A stretch of DNA of 63,827 nucleotides, counting the filler, from Stramenopiles sp. TOSAG23-6 (taxonomy: Eukaryota), in the NCBI GenBank assembly GCA_900128565.1. It is 3 parts of 3 records of this genome, joined end to end, with 100 filler letters (N's around TTAATTAATTAA, not from the genome) between each part and the next. Parts side by side here need not be neighbours in the genome. Positions count along the whole stretch, not along the records: positions 1 to 22,182 come from LT636018.1; positions 22,283 to 44,382 come from LT636019.1; 1 more part is not named here. One strand, written 5' to 3'. A program made the position numbers and the translations under genes. Position 1 is the stretch's first letter. Each line of letters starts with the position of its first letter. Of this stretch, positions 10,602-22,307 are shown in pieces. The notes beneath the pieces are model-generated. The model was not told where the DNA came from. It worked only from the letters and a program-made list of their open reading frames with translations, and made no database searches.

Positions 10602-12472
10602 CTATACAAATGCACTTATTAAACCACATGTAAATATAAGAAAGCCGAATAGAATAAATACAACACCAACAACTACATTATATTTGTGTTGAGGACCTAA
10701 TCGACCAAACCAGCATCTACATCTATAAAAAAATCTAGCATACCTTATTCCTAAATATTCTTTATGTATATTCGTATTTTCAACATCATGGGAAGATTGT
10801 CCGATGAATTCATCATCATCACCCCCATCGTTTTTTTCAACATCATGAAATATTTGTGTTTTTGAATCCTCAATGACACAGGAAATTATCATTGCACCAG
10901 GAAATTGATACATAAAAAAAGATGCAAAATTGCCGACAATTTGTATCATTTTATCAATATTTGGAATGTACATTGAAACAAGTGCAACTAAAATACACCA
11001 TATTCCAGTTACAGTCACAAACACAATATTTGAGTGTTGTTTTACATCTTTATTCACTGGTTTGTAGTCCGTATCGTTGATATCATTATTATCTAAAAGG
11101 GGTGAATGAAATTGATGCAGTCTATTCGATTCATTTGTATTTGTATTATTTTCACTTTGATTACTGTTTTTTTTTCTTGCAAAAATTGAACGTGTACAAT
11201 GAAATATTTCAATTTCATTGAGAATAGCTGAACGAGCACAAAAATGAAATACAGCGAATGTAGTCATTACAGCCAATGCTACGGCAACTCGTGCGAAAAT
11301 AATAACAATTTTACCTACATTTCTATTTTCTGAAAAATCAAAATTTGTTAAAATATCAGGTTTCGTGTTTTTTAAAAAGGTCAAATATCCAAAAAATCCG
11401 CTAATATTGTAGATTAAAATACATACAAAGAGCCCAATAAAAACTATTACATGCCATCTAAATGTTGTTCGCGTTTTCAATTCTGCATATAGAGGGACTG
11501 CACTTATATGACCTTGATAAGAAAAACATAATGTATCGTGAAAAAATATTTCAAAAAAAAAAGTTAGGTACAAAATTTCGTACGAAAAAAAATTCGAAAT
11601 TGGTAAAAAATTCATGATGAAAACGTATGCACAGGGAGTGCCTGAAACCAATGAAAGAAAGAATTTCTCCATACAACGACTTCTTCTTCTATATCATCTG
11701 TACTTTTTCTATCATTTGAGTATGAATAATTGATTACAATAACAATCATAACATAAAATAAAGACACAAAACCAACAATAGCAGGCAGTCTTAATGCAGC
11801 AATTTCTCGCACTAAACAAATAAAAAATAGTAAGGTTGTCACTAAAGCAGTTGCTGTATGCTTTGCAGAAAAAACAATTTTAAGCCAATGTAAATCAGTT
11901 GAAAGGAAATTATTTGTAGATATATATATGTTGGTTACAATATGTCAAATTTGAAATTCAAGTTAGGTAGAGAATTTTCTATGAAAAAAATAATAAATTC
12001 GAAATTCGAAAATTAAGTATGAAAAAGTACGTAGCAACCAAGGATGAACCTGATCTACACATACATCTAAATAAACAACAGATGCACCAAATATAAGCAC
12101 AACTAGAATAACTTCACAAAATATTTCTGCCTTGCGACCTAGTAGTTTTAGCATCAAGGCTTGGTAAGTATCAGCACATGCTCGTTCTGTACATTCAGCC
12201 AATATGATTAATCCCTTGGCGACAAATAATACGACAATAGATTGAATAACCATGACATTACCGATACCACTATTAGCAAAAGTACACGGATATGTCAGCA
12301 ATCCACCACCAACGATAGATTGAACAAAAACGCATACACTATAGAAAACACCACCTGAGCCATCTCCGAGTTCTGCTCTGAGCAATTGACGATGATTTGA
12401 TGGACTTAGTATGCTTTGCTGTCTAATTAAGGTAGGTCTGAGTATTCCTGAAGGAGAGTGGTCCTCTGGCAT
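10602..12472 (-). CDS. Amino-acid transporter (Aa_trans/SLC38 family); exons 12472-12031, ~11925-11629, 11530-10602
   Basis: SIVGGGLLTYP.TF, TYQ.LM..LLG, LP.LCFSYQGH, YNISGFFGYLTF; frames join after removing two repeat-family introns. Confidence 0.85.
11531..11628 (-). mobile_element. Repeat-family intron with AT donor (ATACG...CGATACAT)
   Basis: Removal gives WFQALPV-LCFSYQGH; full internal consensus present. Confidence 0.8.
11926..12030 (-). mobile_element. Diverged repeat-family intron; 3' end approximate
   Basis: GTACTTTTTCAT..TACCTAAC..CAACATAT; removal restores the transporter frame. Confidence 0.6.
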
Positions 12473-12895
12473 TAAGAAATTCAAGAGAAGACAAACTGGT
12501 AGCAAATTCAATTGTAGGACAAGTTGTTGAAGAAAGAAATTTATTGGATTTTATTCGAAGTCGTCAGTCAAGTATCGAAGTGTTCTTCTTGAGACGACTT
12601 CAGTCAACAATTTGATTTTTTTTGACAGCACTGACTGACTGCTGAAATCTCAAATCTTGAGATAAAATTTGAAAATTCGTGTAAAAAGTCTGCAAAAGTA
12701 ATCAAAATGCAAAAAATATTATTTTGAATGATTAAAATGGACTCTAAAGTCTACACTTGAAAAAAAGATAGCTATTGAATGAAATAGAAACACGGTTAAA
12801 AAAAAAATTATATTTCCGTCATTTATATATTTACATGAAAAAAAATTATAATTTTATACTAGTATTGTCATATTTTTTGCAGTGTATCTCATCTA

Positions 12896-15800
12896 CTACA
12901 CAGTGACTACAATTTTCATTTTTTTTTGCAGCGTATCTAATCCACAATGACTACAAACCCAACCAGATTTTGATTCCATTTCGTTTTTGTTTTTATATTG
13001 TTTTGTGTCTTTCCAACATTCAGTATGTAACACGGATGGACATTTTGAACACTGAATAATACCACGACCCTTTCCTTTGCGGATATCCAATCCGCATCGA
13101 TGACAAAATCGTTTTGAAATATTATTTTGTTTATTTTTGTTTTTTGACATTTTGATTTTGTTTTGAACTTTTTTATTCGGTGCATTAGGAAGAAATAAAC
13201 CCAACCGAGAGTAAAGGCCAGCCTCCGAAAAAATTGCGAGTTGTGTAGCTAATCTCCATAACGCTGAACTTTTGACATTAAACTTCAAACAATTATTCCA
13301 AACTTGGCGAACATCACACGCAAATTTCGTAACAGCCATAGAATCAATTGTATGACTTTGGCTTCCGATTTGAGAATATCCACAAACATCTTTTTCATCT
13401 GTAATTGCACCATCACTCTCACAAGAAAATCCGTAATAGTTTTCGTTTAATTGTTGACTAATTTTGTTCAAATCCATTGGTTTCTTTATAATTTTTGAAT
13501 ATCCAGGGGCTAGTTCATCTGTGACAGGTGTTTCAAAATACAATGAATAATCGTGTTTTTTTATTGCAGCTATTAACGCAATACATTCCTCCTTTAATCG
13601 ATTTTGTTTATACCAAAACATATCCTCTTGATCATTTTCTATATCATTTCCTATATCACATTCATTCTTATTATTTATACCAGCAGTAACTTCAACAGGC
13701 AAGTTAATACTCACCACAGATGGTCCAACCACCCTCCATTGTTCCGGATGCGCACACCAAGGACAAAAAAAATCTCCTTCAGGAGGTTTTGAAAGACCAA
13801 CACATTTGGTATGATAAACATTAGGACAATTATCACCATCACAACATAACAAATCACCACCTTCTTGACATTTTCCACAGAATTCAAGATCAATAGCAAT
13901 GTCTAGATCTTCAGATTTAGAATTATTTGACGTTTCATGATGTATTTTCTTTTGCCGTTTTCGCTTGCGAGAGATCTCCGGAGCTTTCCCAGTACAAAAT
14001 CTCTGATGAACTCCTCGTGAACGTGTACTAGGAAACATTTGATTACAACCAAAACATTTCACAGGTTTAGAATCAGTAGATTTTGATTCTACTTTAGTAA
14101 TTTTTGATTTTTTTTGAGGTGATGACATTTTTTTTGATGATATTTTTTTTCTAGTTTCAACCCTATTAAGTATTTTGTTTAACCCTGTTATTTCTAATTC
14201 ACGATCAAACCAAGATGTTTCGGTTGATGTACAAGTTTCAACTATATCTATATTCTTTTTGATCGTGATATTCGTATGTTTAACATTTGAAGAGTTTTGT
14301 ACAATATCTGAAATTTTGTCACATTGCAATCCTTTTTTTTTTTTTTTAAGTTTTCGAACACATTTGCTACACGGGCATGTCAGTGCACAGGCTGGGCATT
14401 CCATGAAGCATGTCGGATCATTTTTTATCATTTCCACAGTAATACCAAATCGATGAAGAGCATGCGAAACGCAATATGTATGTGACGATAAATGTTTAGG
14501 ACAGCAACCAATCAAAACTTGTCGAGAGGAATGGCATATATGTAATGTGAAAAATATTTTTGTATATTTTTTGTATATTTAATTGTTTTTGTTAGGTACA
14601 ACATTTCGTAGTAAAAAAAAACTAAAAAAAAAAAAATGAAAACGTACATGACAATACTTATTATGCTCTATATAAGGTTTCACTCGTTCCACTTGGATAC
14701 CTCCATTTTTATGGAGTTCTGCAGCATGTTTTGGTACAGATTTTACTATACATTTCTCCTTTCTTCGATGTTTTGTCTGAACAAAACTTTTTTTAATAAT
14801 ATCAGATTGTATATCTTCTACATCAGCTCCATTTGGAATAAAATTCAAATGTTCACCATGCATCTCCTCAGTATATCTAACTCTATTTTGCGACCATCGA
14901 CATGCCCAAGGATCTCTCACAAATTCATTTAATTGTCGTTTTATACTAAACGTAACAGCAGACACAGCTTCTTTTGATAACTGAAATTCTACTGCGAGTG
15001 ATTGAGCAAAATGTGTAGGACTTAGAATGAAAGGATCAGAAAAATCCCATTCGATAGCATGACGAAAAACTTCTACAAATCCATTTCCTATTATAGGAAG
15101 TTCTATGATTATGACTACTTTTGACGGAATTTTTGGTAATGTGTGTACTTTTGGTGTCTGTATAGCAGGGTGATTTCTCTGTATACTATTTTCTATTCTT
15201 TTTACTATTTTTGTTTTTTGTAACTGATTATTTACATCTAACGCTTCTGTTTGTTTTGATGATAATTGTAATGGTATAGCTTCTGTTTGTTTTGATGATA
15301 ATTGTAATGGTATAGCTGATGATACAATTAGAGATTGATTTGGAAGCATATTTGAATTTCCCGCAGTTAAAGCGGGATCTTGGTTAGAAGTGGTCTCAGG
15401 GTTAGGGCTAAATATTGGAAGTAAATTTTTGACGAATTCAGTACTAGAATCATTCACAGCATGATTAGGGTTAGAATCATTCACAGCATGTTTTGCACTG
15501 AATGCTGTAGATGGTGTGACTATTGGTGTTTGTGTATTTGGCAACTTCTTTTCTTTAAGCTTTCGCATAAAATCCCGTTGTAGTTGTTGAAATAGGAATT
15601 TCTCCAAAATTAGCTTTTGCTGTTGGCAAATTTGTAGTCTGTTTAATACCGCGGTAGGACTCTCCACCATCTCATCCCTACACTGACTTCCCATAGTCAA
15701 ATCGTCTAGTACACCTTTTGGCCATGTGTATCGCCTTAGTCTAAATCTAATATTGTGACCTATAGACTTTGCTACCTTCCTTTCGGCACATATAATCTGT

Positions 15801-16042
15801 TTTACTGAAGCTTCATCCATATCTGCTACAAACACACCACCGACTTCAATAAGACTATCACACATTGAACAAGAAGTAATTGAATTGCATGATGTACCAA
15901 TTAGAGCTTCTATATTATCAACACGACAAAAATATGCACAAGGTGGTTTGGCGGGGTACTGCATAAAAGACAGAATTAAACCACCCGTAGCATGATTCGG
16001 ATCACCTTCGAAGGAAAAATCTTCAAAGGAATTAAGGGACAT
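12896..16042 (-). CDS. Chromatin protein: SNF5-like repeat, Cys-rich zinc finger, PHD, bromodomain, PHD; exons 16042-14648 and 14539-12896
   Basis: IEWDFSDP..SPTHFAQSLAVE (SNF5-like); CHICH..CPACALTCPCSKC; FCGKCQEGGDLLCCD (PHD); FETPV....PGY..IIK.PMDL..V..NC.KFN (bromodomain). Confidence 0.8.
14540..14647 (-). mobile_element. Repeat-family intron GT...AT
   Basis: CAT|GTACG..TACCTAAC..CACATTACAT|ATA; restores the zinc-finger pair YCH-ICH. Confidence 0.85.
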
Positions 16043-16381
16043 AAGAGCGTAAAATTACAGATTTGCACTTCCAGTAATTAAAGAGCTTGTCACTGTATAT
16101 TTGACCGAGATGAAACTCAATTCAAATGGTACAAGATGATATGAATCCCTCGCAAAATCATAAAGTATACGGAGAGCAGAGCACCCCGGGGAGAGAGAGA
16201 CACGATTGTTTGAGTTTGAGTGACTCTCGGAGGAACGAATAATATTGGCGCAAACCTGTTGTGAAAGCGCTTGGNAAAAAAAAAAAAACACAATTGAACA
16301 GCGCTGAACAGAACCGGTCAGGTAGTTCTACCTTTTCTCTTTTGACATACTGTAGAAAGAACAATACACCTAACTTTCACT

Positions 16382-19300
16382 ATGATGCGCACGCTCTTAC
16401 TTCTACTCCTGACAATTGGACTCGGAAGTACCCATGCCACCGGCCGCTCATTTAAAGGCTTTACTGTTGAAAAGGAGTACCGAGCAACGGCTCAAGAAGG
16501 AGACACATTTATAGTTTACATTCGTGTAAGTGAAGATGACGTTTACAAGAGAACACAATCCTACGGTGTGACTACTAAAACCGCACGCATAATTGTTGAA
16601 GAATTAAAGTCGAATGAATTCTCCAAGGAAGTTTTCCCATTGAAACCTGCCAAACATGAGGTGAAACAGAACGAAGGTGGCAACATTTGCTTTCACTCTG
16701 ATTCAACAAGAATTGATTCTTGCCTTCAGAGTGGTTGTAAGTGGTGTAAAATACCTAGTCTTTTGCCCGGAACGGAACGATACAGTCATTGTAATATGAA
16801 AAATGTTGAAGGATACTCGTGCTTTGATGAAGCAGAGTATGAAACTCTCAGCGAATGTGAGAAAAAAGTTAAAGTTTTGGAAGAAAATTTCTTTCAAAAA
16901 TTGGACCAAGGTGAAACGGAGCTTCTTCAATATTTGATTCCAAAGTCTAATTTAGATGATTTTTTGAAGAACGGTTTTTGCGTACAGCATGCCGCAAAAT
17001 ATGGACGTAAACAACAGAAAGCGTTTTTGCGTTTATATGATGTCATGAATTCTTGGATGTCAATCGATGATCTTGAATATACATCAAAAGAGAGAAGAAT
17101 GGTTGTGATTCTATCTTTTGCTCGTGAAGTAAACGCAATTTTTGGAACTCGAGACGTTGGTATCGTTATACAATATGCATACACTACTTTATATAATTTT
17201 CGTGCACTTGATGAATCGGAACCAATTATAATGCGCTACAAGAATGTCATCAAGAATGCTAAAAACCATACTCCAGATGACGTTGTCGGTATTAATGGTA
17301 CGCAGGAAAAAATGGAATCATTTCCATGTCAACACTGTAACTTGAGTGGGGGATTTCCTGATATGGATGTGTTGAACATGAAAGATGCAATCATAATTGA
17401 CCTAAGTGATAACCACATGTCTGGAACAATCCCACAAGATATCGGCGAATTGACTGAATTACGATTTTTAAACCTCTCTAACAATAATTTTCATGGCGAA
17501 ATACCGATTGAAATTTGTAAGTTGAAAAATCTTATTAAATTGGATCTATCGCGTAATAAGTTGAGTGGAAAAATTCCTGCCTGTCTATCTGAGATGAAGT
17601 TGGATATGGATGTGCTAAGAGCTATAAAAGAGGAATCAGATAAACAGAAGGAATTAGAAAAAAATGTCAACCAATTAGACGAAATAAAAAAAGAGATGGA
17701 TGTGCTAAGAGCTATAAAAGAGGAATCAGATAAACAGAAGGAAGTAGAAAAAAATGTCGACGATTTAAACAGCTTGTCGTCGGCCGAGGACGAGGACGGC
17801 TTCTACTCGGCAGAAGAAGTCGAAGGAGCGGTGGCAGCGGTGGCTTCAGCACGCCGAGAAGTAAAAAAAGAGATTTCGAAACTGCAAAGCGAACCTGATG
17901 AGGATTATGTTGCACTCGAAAAAGAAAGATTTGAAGCAAATAAAGCGCTCTCAGATTTTCTAAAAACTGTTCGATTCAGTCCTGTTTTGAAGGAATATGT
18001 TCTTCAAGAAATTGTTTATTCTCCCAGTTTTTGGCAGCTTGAAAAATTCAAGGTAACAATTAATCTCTCCATGAATGAATTGAATGGTGAAGTTTCAAAT
18101 GCATTATTTGAAAATGTGAGATTTGGTGCATATGGGAATAAAGAATTGACGATAGAAGGGTTAGATGGGAAACAATTTCGAGAAGTTGAAGTCACGGAAT
18201 CTATTTTAAAAAACCAGGATTTATCTGATATTCAAATGAGCAAGCGTACAGAAATGTTTTTCAAATTCTGTAGAGATTTTGAGTCTTGTACATTATATGA
18301 GTAAGTTTCAAACCACCTCAAAAATAATTTTACCCTTTCTTCTTTATTATTGTTTATTGACTCTTTATAGCTTGTTGCTTTATTTCACTCATAACAGGAC
18401 CATGAGTTTATCTGGTGGACTTCATTATTATCCAAAACATCAACATTATGTAGCAGGGTATAGTGTTGGTCGCCCACAGTCTTTACGTTTATCAAACACA
18501 TCTTTTGAGCGGGAAAAGAAGAGCAATACACTCGAATTGTATACGTCTAGTCAGATGGACCACAGTGCAGCTTTGTCATATGACACAGATATGTATGAGA
18601 GTGATCATCTCGTGACGGAAACACGGAAATGCTTTAAGGAAAAATCTGACGAGTACATTATCTTGGGTAAGTTGATCTCCAATCTACTTTTGAGCTTCAC
18701 TCAACGTTGAGCGCACTCTTCTTCTTTTTTCTTTAAATGTTTTTTGTATTTTTTTTATTAATTATACACCTTTAATGAATTTCTTTTCACAATCATAGGG
18801 GCGTCTGAGATAAAGGATGGTGTCGAAAAGATAATATCCCAACCGCATGATAAGTATGATACCTTTGTCATGACAGGGCATGGTTCGCAATATGGTATCA
18901 CCCTTAGTGACAACTTCCATCCGACCGTTGGGGATGATCGAGATGTAGGTCTATGGAAAGACATCTCTAGCATGGTGACACCTTTTGGCTCCGTTTTCCT
19001 CATTGGTTGTAAAAATGCACGTTTTTCTAAAGGAAGAGAAGATGCAGAGCAAAGATGGACTAAAGCATATCTAAAGGAATGGTCACAAATGCAAGAAAGA
19101 CAAAATGCAGCAGCTGTTGTAATTCAAACAGCTGTTCGTCGCAAGCAAGAAAGACAAAATGCAGCAGCTGTTGTAATTCAAACAGCTGTTCGTCACAAGC
19201 AAGCTAAACAAGTCGGAGAGGTCGAAAGCAAAGCAATGGGAGATGATATCAGCTCTGATATAGAAACTAAAGTTATTGNTCCTCTTGACACAACACCAAG

Positions 19301-20156
19301 TATTCGTTTTATTATCGAGTTATTTGTTAAAGGTGGCGTCAACTATAAAAGGGATTTCTTTACTTGTGTCCGAGATTACTACCTTCCAGGTCGCGTAATA
19401 CATGGTAGTATTGAAAGTGTTCAAGGACATTTTACGGAATTGAATGCAGACTGTTCGTATAAAACAAATTCAGTTCAATCAGCCGGAATTTCAAATTGTT
19501 CTGATTTGCAAAATGTATCTATGTCAACAGGAATTTGTTGGAGTGATGAAGAAAATCATTCATGCCCTGATGATACAATTCCGACAAATATTGGTATTGC
19601 ATATTCCGAAACTCGTTGGAAGCAATTGTGTTTGTTTGCAGAAACTGCCGAAGCTGAACTTTTGAAAAAGCTTTTCACAGAGAAGCTTAAGACGGAGGCT
19701 ACACTTGATTTCGACGAACGTAGCGTAATTTACACATTTGTTCCACCAACAAGAGACTCATTCGAGCGTGAGATACCTGAAAGTGAACGTCAAACTCGAT
19801 GCGGACCAGGAAGATTCACATCAGAAGAACTCGAGCAAATTGCAGCACATTTTGGCAGCGACGAATCATCCAAAACAAATGTAGTTTCAGAAGAAGAAGC
19901 AAAATCAGTTTCAGAAGAAGCAAAATCAGTTTCAGAAGAAGCAAAATCAGTTTCAGAAGAAAATAAAGAGGTTGTCGTTGGGACATCTGTAGAAGAGAAG
20001 GCACAAATTCAAGATGTAGAAGAGAAGGCACAAATTCAAGATCAGCATACTCAAAACCTTGAAGAACAATTACGAAATACTCAACGTGCGTTGTTTGCAG
20101 TTGTTTCCGTAGCAGTTGCTGTGGTTTTGTTTCAGCAATGGAGGTTATACTCCTGA
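16382..20156 (+). CDS. Signal-peptide LRR protein with C-terminal transmembrane anchor; exons 16382-18300, 18398-18666, 18799-20156
   Basis: Hydrophobic N-terminus; LRRs of the LSNNNFHGEIP type; two canonical GTAAG..YAG introns join three ORFs in frame; C-terminal hydrophobic helix. Confidence 0.7.
18301..18397 (+). other. Canonical GT-AG intron
   Basis: TATGA|GTAAGT...ATAACAG|GACC gives YE-TMSL in frame. Confidence 0.65.
18667..18798 (+). other. Canonical GT-AG intron
   Basis: TTGG|GTAAGT...CATAG|GG gives ILG-ASEIKD, in frame with ORF 18870. Confidence 0.75.
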
Positions 20157-20521
20157 AATGAAACTAAATGAAAAAATTTCAATTCATGGTTATCCTCAGA
20201 GAAACTAAATGAAAAGTTAAAGGGGAAAGAGAGAGGAAGATGTGGAGTGTGAATCGTGTAAATGTGAAAGAATGTATTGTATACAAAACTTGTACATAAT
20301 AGTATACAACTGTACATAGAATAAAAAAAATAAAGAGCTTACTCATGTTTTTTTGTTAGGTACGAAATTGTCTATGAAAAAAAAACTAAATTCGGCATTG
20401 AAAAAGTTAAAGTTTTTTTCTCTTTTGTATATCAAAAATGTTAATGTAATGATTTTTTTTATCTTCGCTGTGTCAAATATAATTAATATGAATGGGACTT
20501 TATTACATTTTAACGCAAAAT

Positions 20522-20926
20522 TTACTCAGTTTTCCATTCGGGATATGCAAATGCATTCCTATATTCTTCTTTGTCACTATCACTGGGATCACCTGAGCGA
20601 ATGAGTGTCTGTGTGAGTTCTGTAACCCCACGTGGTGACCGTTTCCCTCCCGGATTAACACGCAGAACATGCACTACTTTCCAATAATAAAGTGAAACGA
20701 GAAAAAGAGCTAGATATAGGGCCGCTGATAACCAACACTGTGTGGCAAGTTTACGAGAATAATCGCCTTTGGGATATTTTTCAGGATTCTTATAAACCAC
20801 ATCTGGAATAAACTGTGGTTGAGCCGTGAAAAAAATACCGAAAATTGTTATATTTACAGCTGCGATGAGAGAAAATATAGAACATACTATGGAACACGGT
20901 CGACTATTCCAGATACATGCACCCAT
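20522..20926 (-). CDS. Two-TM RNASEK-like protein (V-ATPase subunit f family)
   Basis: CS..C.IFS......IFG.FF...P and A.QCW.SAALY pattern of the RNase kappa family. Confidence 0.55.
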   Translation of the reverse strand: MGACIWNSRPCSIVCSIFSLIAAVNITIFGIFFTAQPQFIPDVVYKNPEKYPKGDYSRKLATQCWLSAALYLALFLVSLYYWKVVHVLRVNPGGKRSPRGVTELTQTLIRSGDPSDSDKEEYRNAFAYPEWKTE

Positions 20927-21212
20927 ACATGTGTGCCCTCCTAGATTTGCAGAGTCTCCAAATCTCAATCTAATTAAAGTCGTAGTCGTTCCTATAAATT
21001 GATGTTTGGTCGGCATCGCGCGCCAGTCAGCGTCGACTCAAGTCAATTTCGTCAATTTTGAAATTGAAAAGGTCAAAAAACCGAAAACAGGTGACCACGT
21101 GGCTCGGAGTTCTTCTAAATACTACTAAAACACTATTCGACTTTGGCTCTCGACAAAGGCAATTACCTTACCGGTGTACACTATTGCCAAGCCATTACTT
21201 TTTTCTTTTCTC

Positions 21213-22031
21213 ATGCCGGAACCTACAAAAAAGCGTCCCAAGACGTCAGCTGAACAAGAATATACTAATGAAGAACAAAAAAAAATTTACGAAATCCAAG
21301 AAGGAATGAAAGTCCTTGAGGCTATTAAAGATCCAGAGACTCTTGTTGAGCAGCTTGAGCTGGATGATGAAAGACTTGATTGTTTGGCGGCTTTTCTGAA
21401 GCTACCACTACGTGATGGTTTTTTACACGAGAGTCGTAATTCGTATGAAATGCAATTTAGAGGAATTTGTTGTCAAATAGCAATGATAATTGACGGACTT
21501 AGAAAATGCTGGGTTGCTTATCGAAAGGGTGCAGATTCTGTGAAAAGAATCATTAGTGTACTGGAAGAAGCACTACCCCAAACGATTAGCTTTCTTGAGC
21601 AGTTTCCTAAAGCCGGTCTTTTACTTAGTAATTTTATGTTTGACGGCAGTACGTTATATGATGAACCTGAAAATAGCGATGATTGTGATACTACCGTCGA
21701 ATCTGTGGAGAATGATATTCAGAAGTGTCTTATTTGGTTTCAAATATTCGGTAGCTTAAAACAGGAGAAACCTGAAAATAGAACCTTTCCAACTTTCATG
21801 AGAAGCTTTTTATATTCGGATTTACTAAGCGAATTCGATGATAAGAAAATCTATAGTATGTATGAACTGTTCCAGACTTTAAACCAAGAGAACCAACCCG
21901 TGGATAGAACTTTTACTACTTTCTTGAAATACGTAATGTGTATGTCCAATGTAACATTCGATGAATGCTGCGACGATATCCTGGCAATTGATTGTAGCGA
22001 GTCTCGCAGACATACTGCATCAATACGTCAT
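21213..22031 (+). CDS. Hypothetical protein, 5' exon; truncated at intron and gap
   Basis: Long ORF with NLS-like KKRPK, ending at a repeat-family donor CAT|GTATG. Confidence 0.6.
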
Positions 22032-22182
22032 GTATGTTTTATTTTTTTTCAAATTCGAATTTATTTTTTCATAGGGAATTTTGTACCTAACGATTTTTTT
22101 TGAAATATTTTTTTTTTTCAAATTCGATTTTTTTTCGTACGAAATTTTGTACCTAACAAATTTTAGTTTTTTTTTTTTGAAA
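22032..22182 (+). mobile_element. Repeat-family intron with doubled core running into the assembly gap
   Basis: Two TTTTGTACCTAAC cores; probably collapsed copies at a contig end. Confidence 0.7.
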
Positions 22183-22282
22183 NNNNNNNNNNNNNNNNNN
22201 NNNNNNNNNNNNNNNNNNNNNNNNNNTTAATTAATTAANNNNNNNNNNNNNNNNNNNNNNNNNNNNNNNNNNNNNNNNNNNN
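22183..22282. other. Assembly linker (N-run with TTAATTAATTAA six-frame stop spacer)
   Basis: N44-ttaattaattaa-N44. Confidence 0.95.
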
Positions 22283-22307
22283 CTACAAAAAATGCTATTT
22301 ATCATAC

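Noticed and set aside
16040-16291. Stop-codon reassignment suggested by an in-frame TAA at 16055
   Set aside because: Single case in unconserved sequence; TAA, TAG and TGA all terminate well-conserved genes here
22183-22282. TTAATTAATTAA palindrome within N-runs (also 44383-44482)
   Set aside because: Artificial six-frame-stop contig linker; genes on either side need not be neighbours
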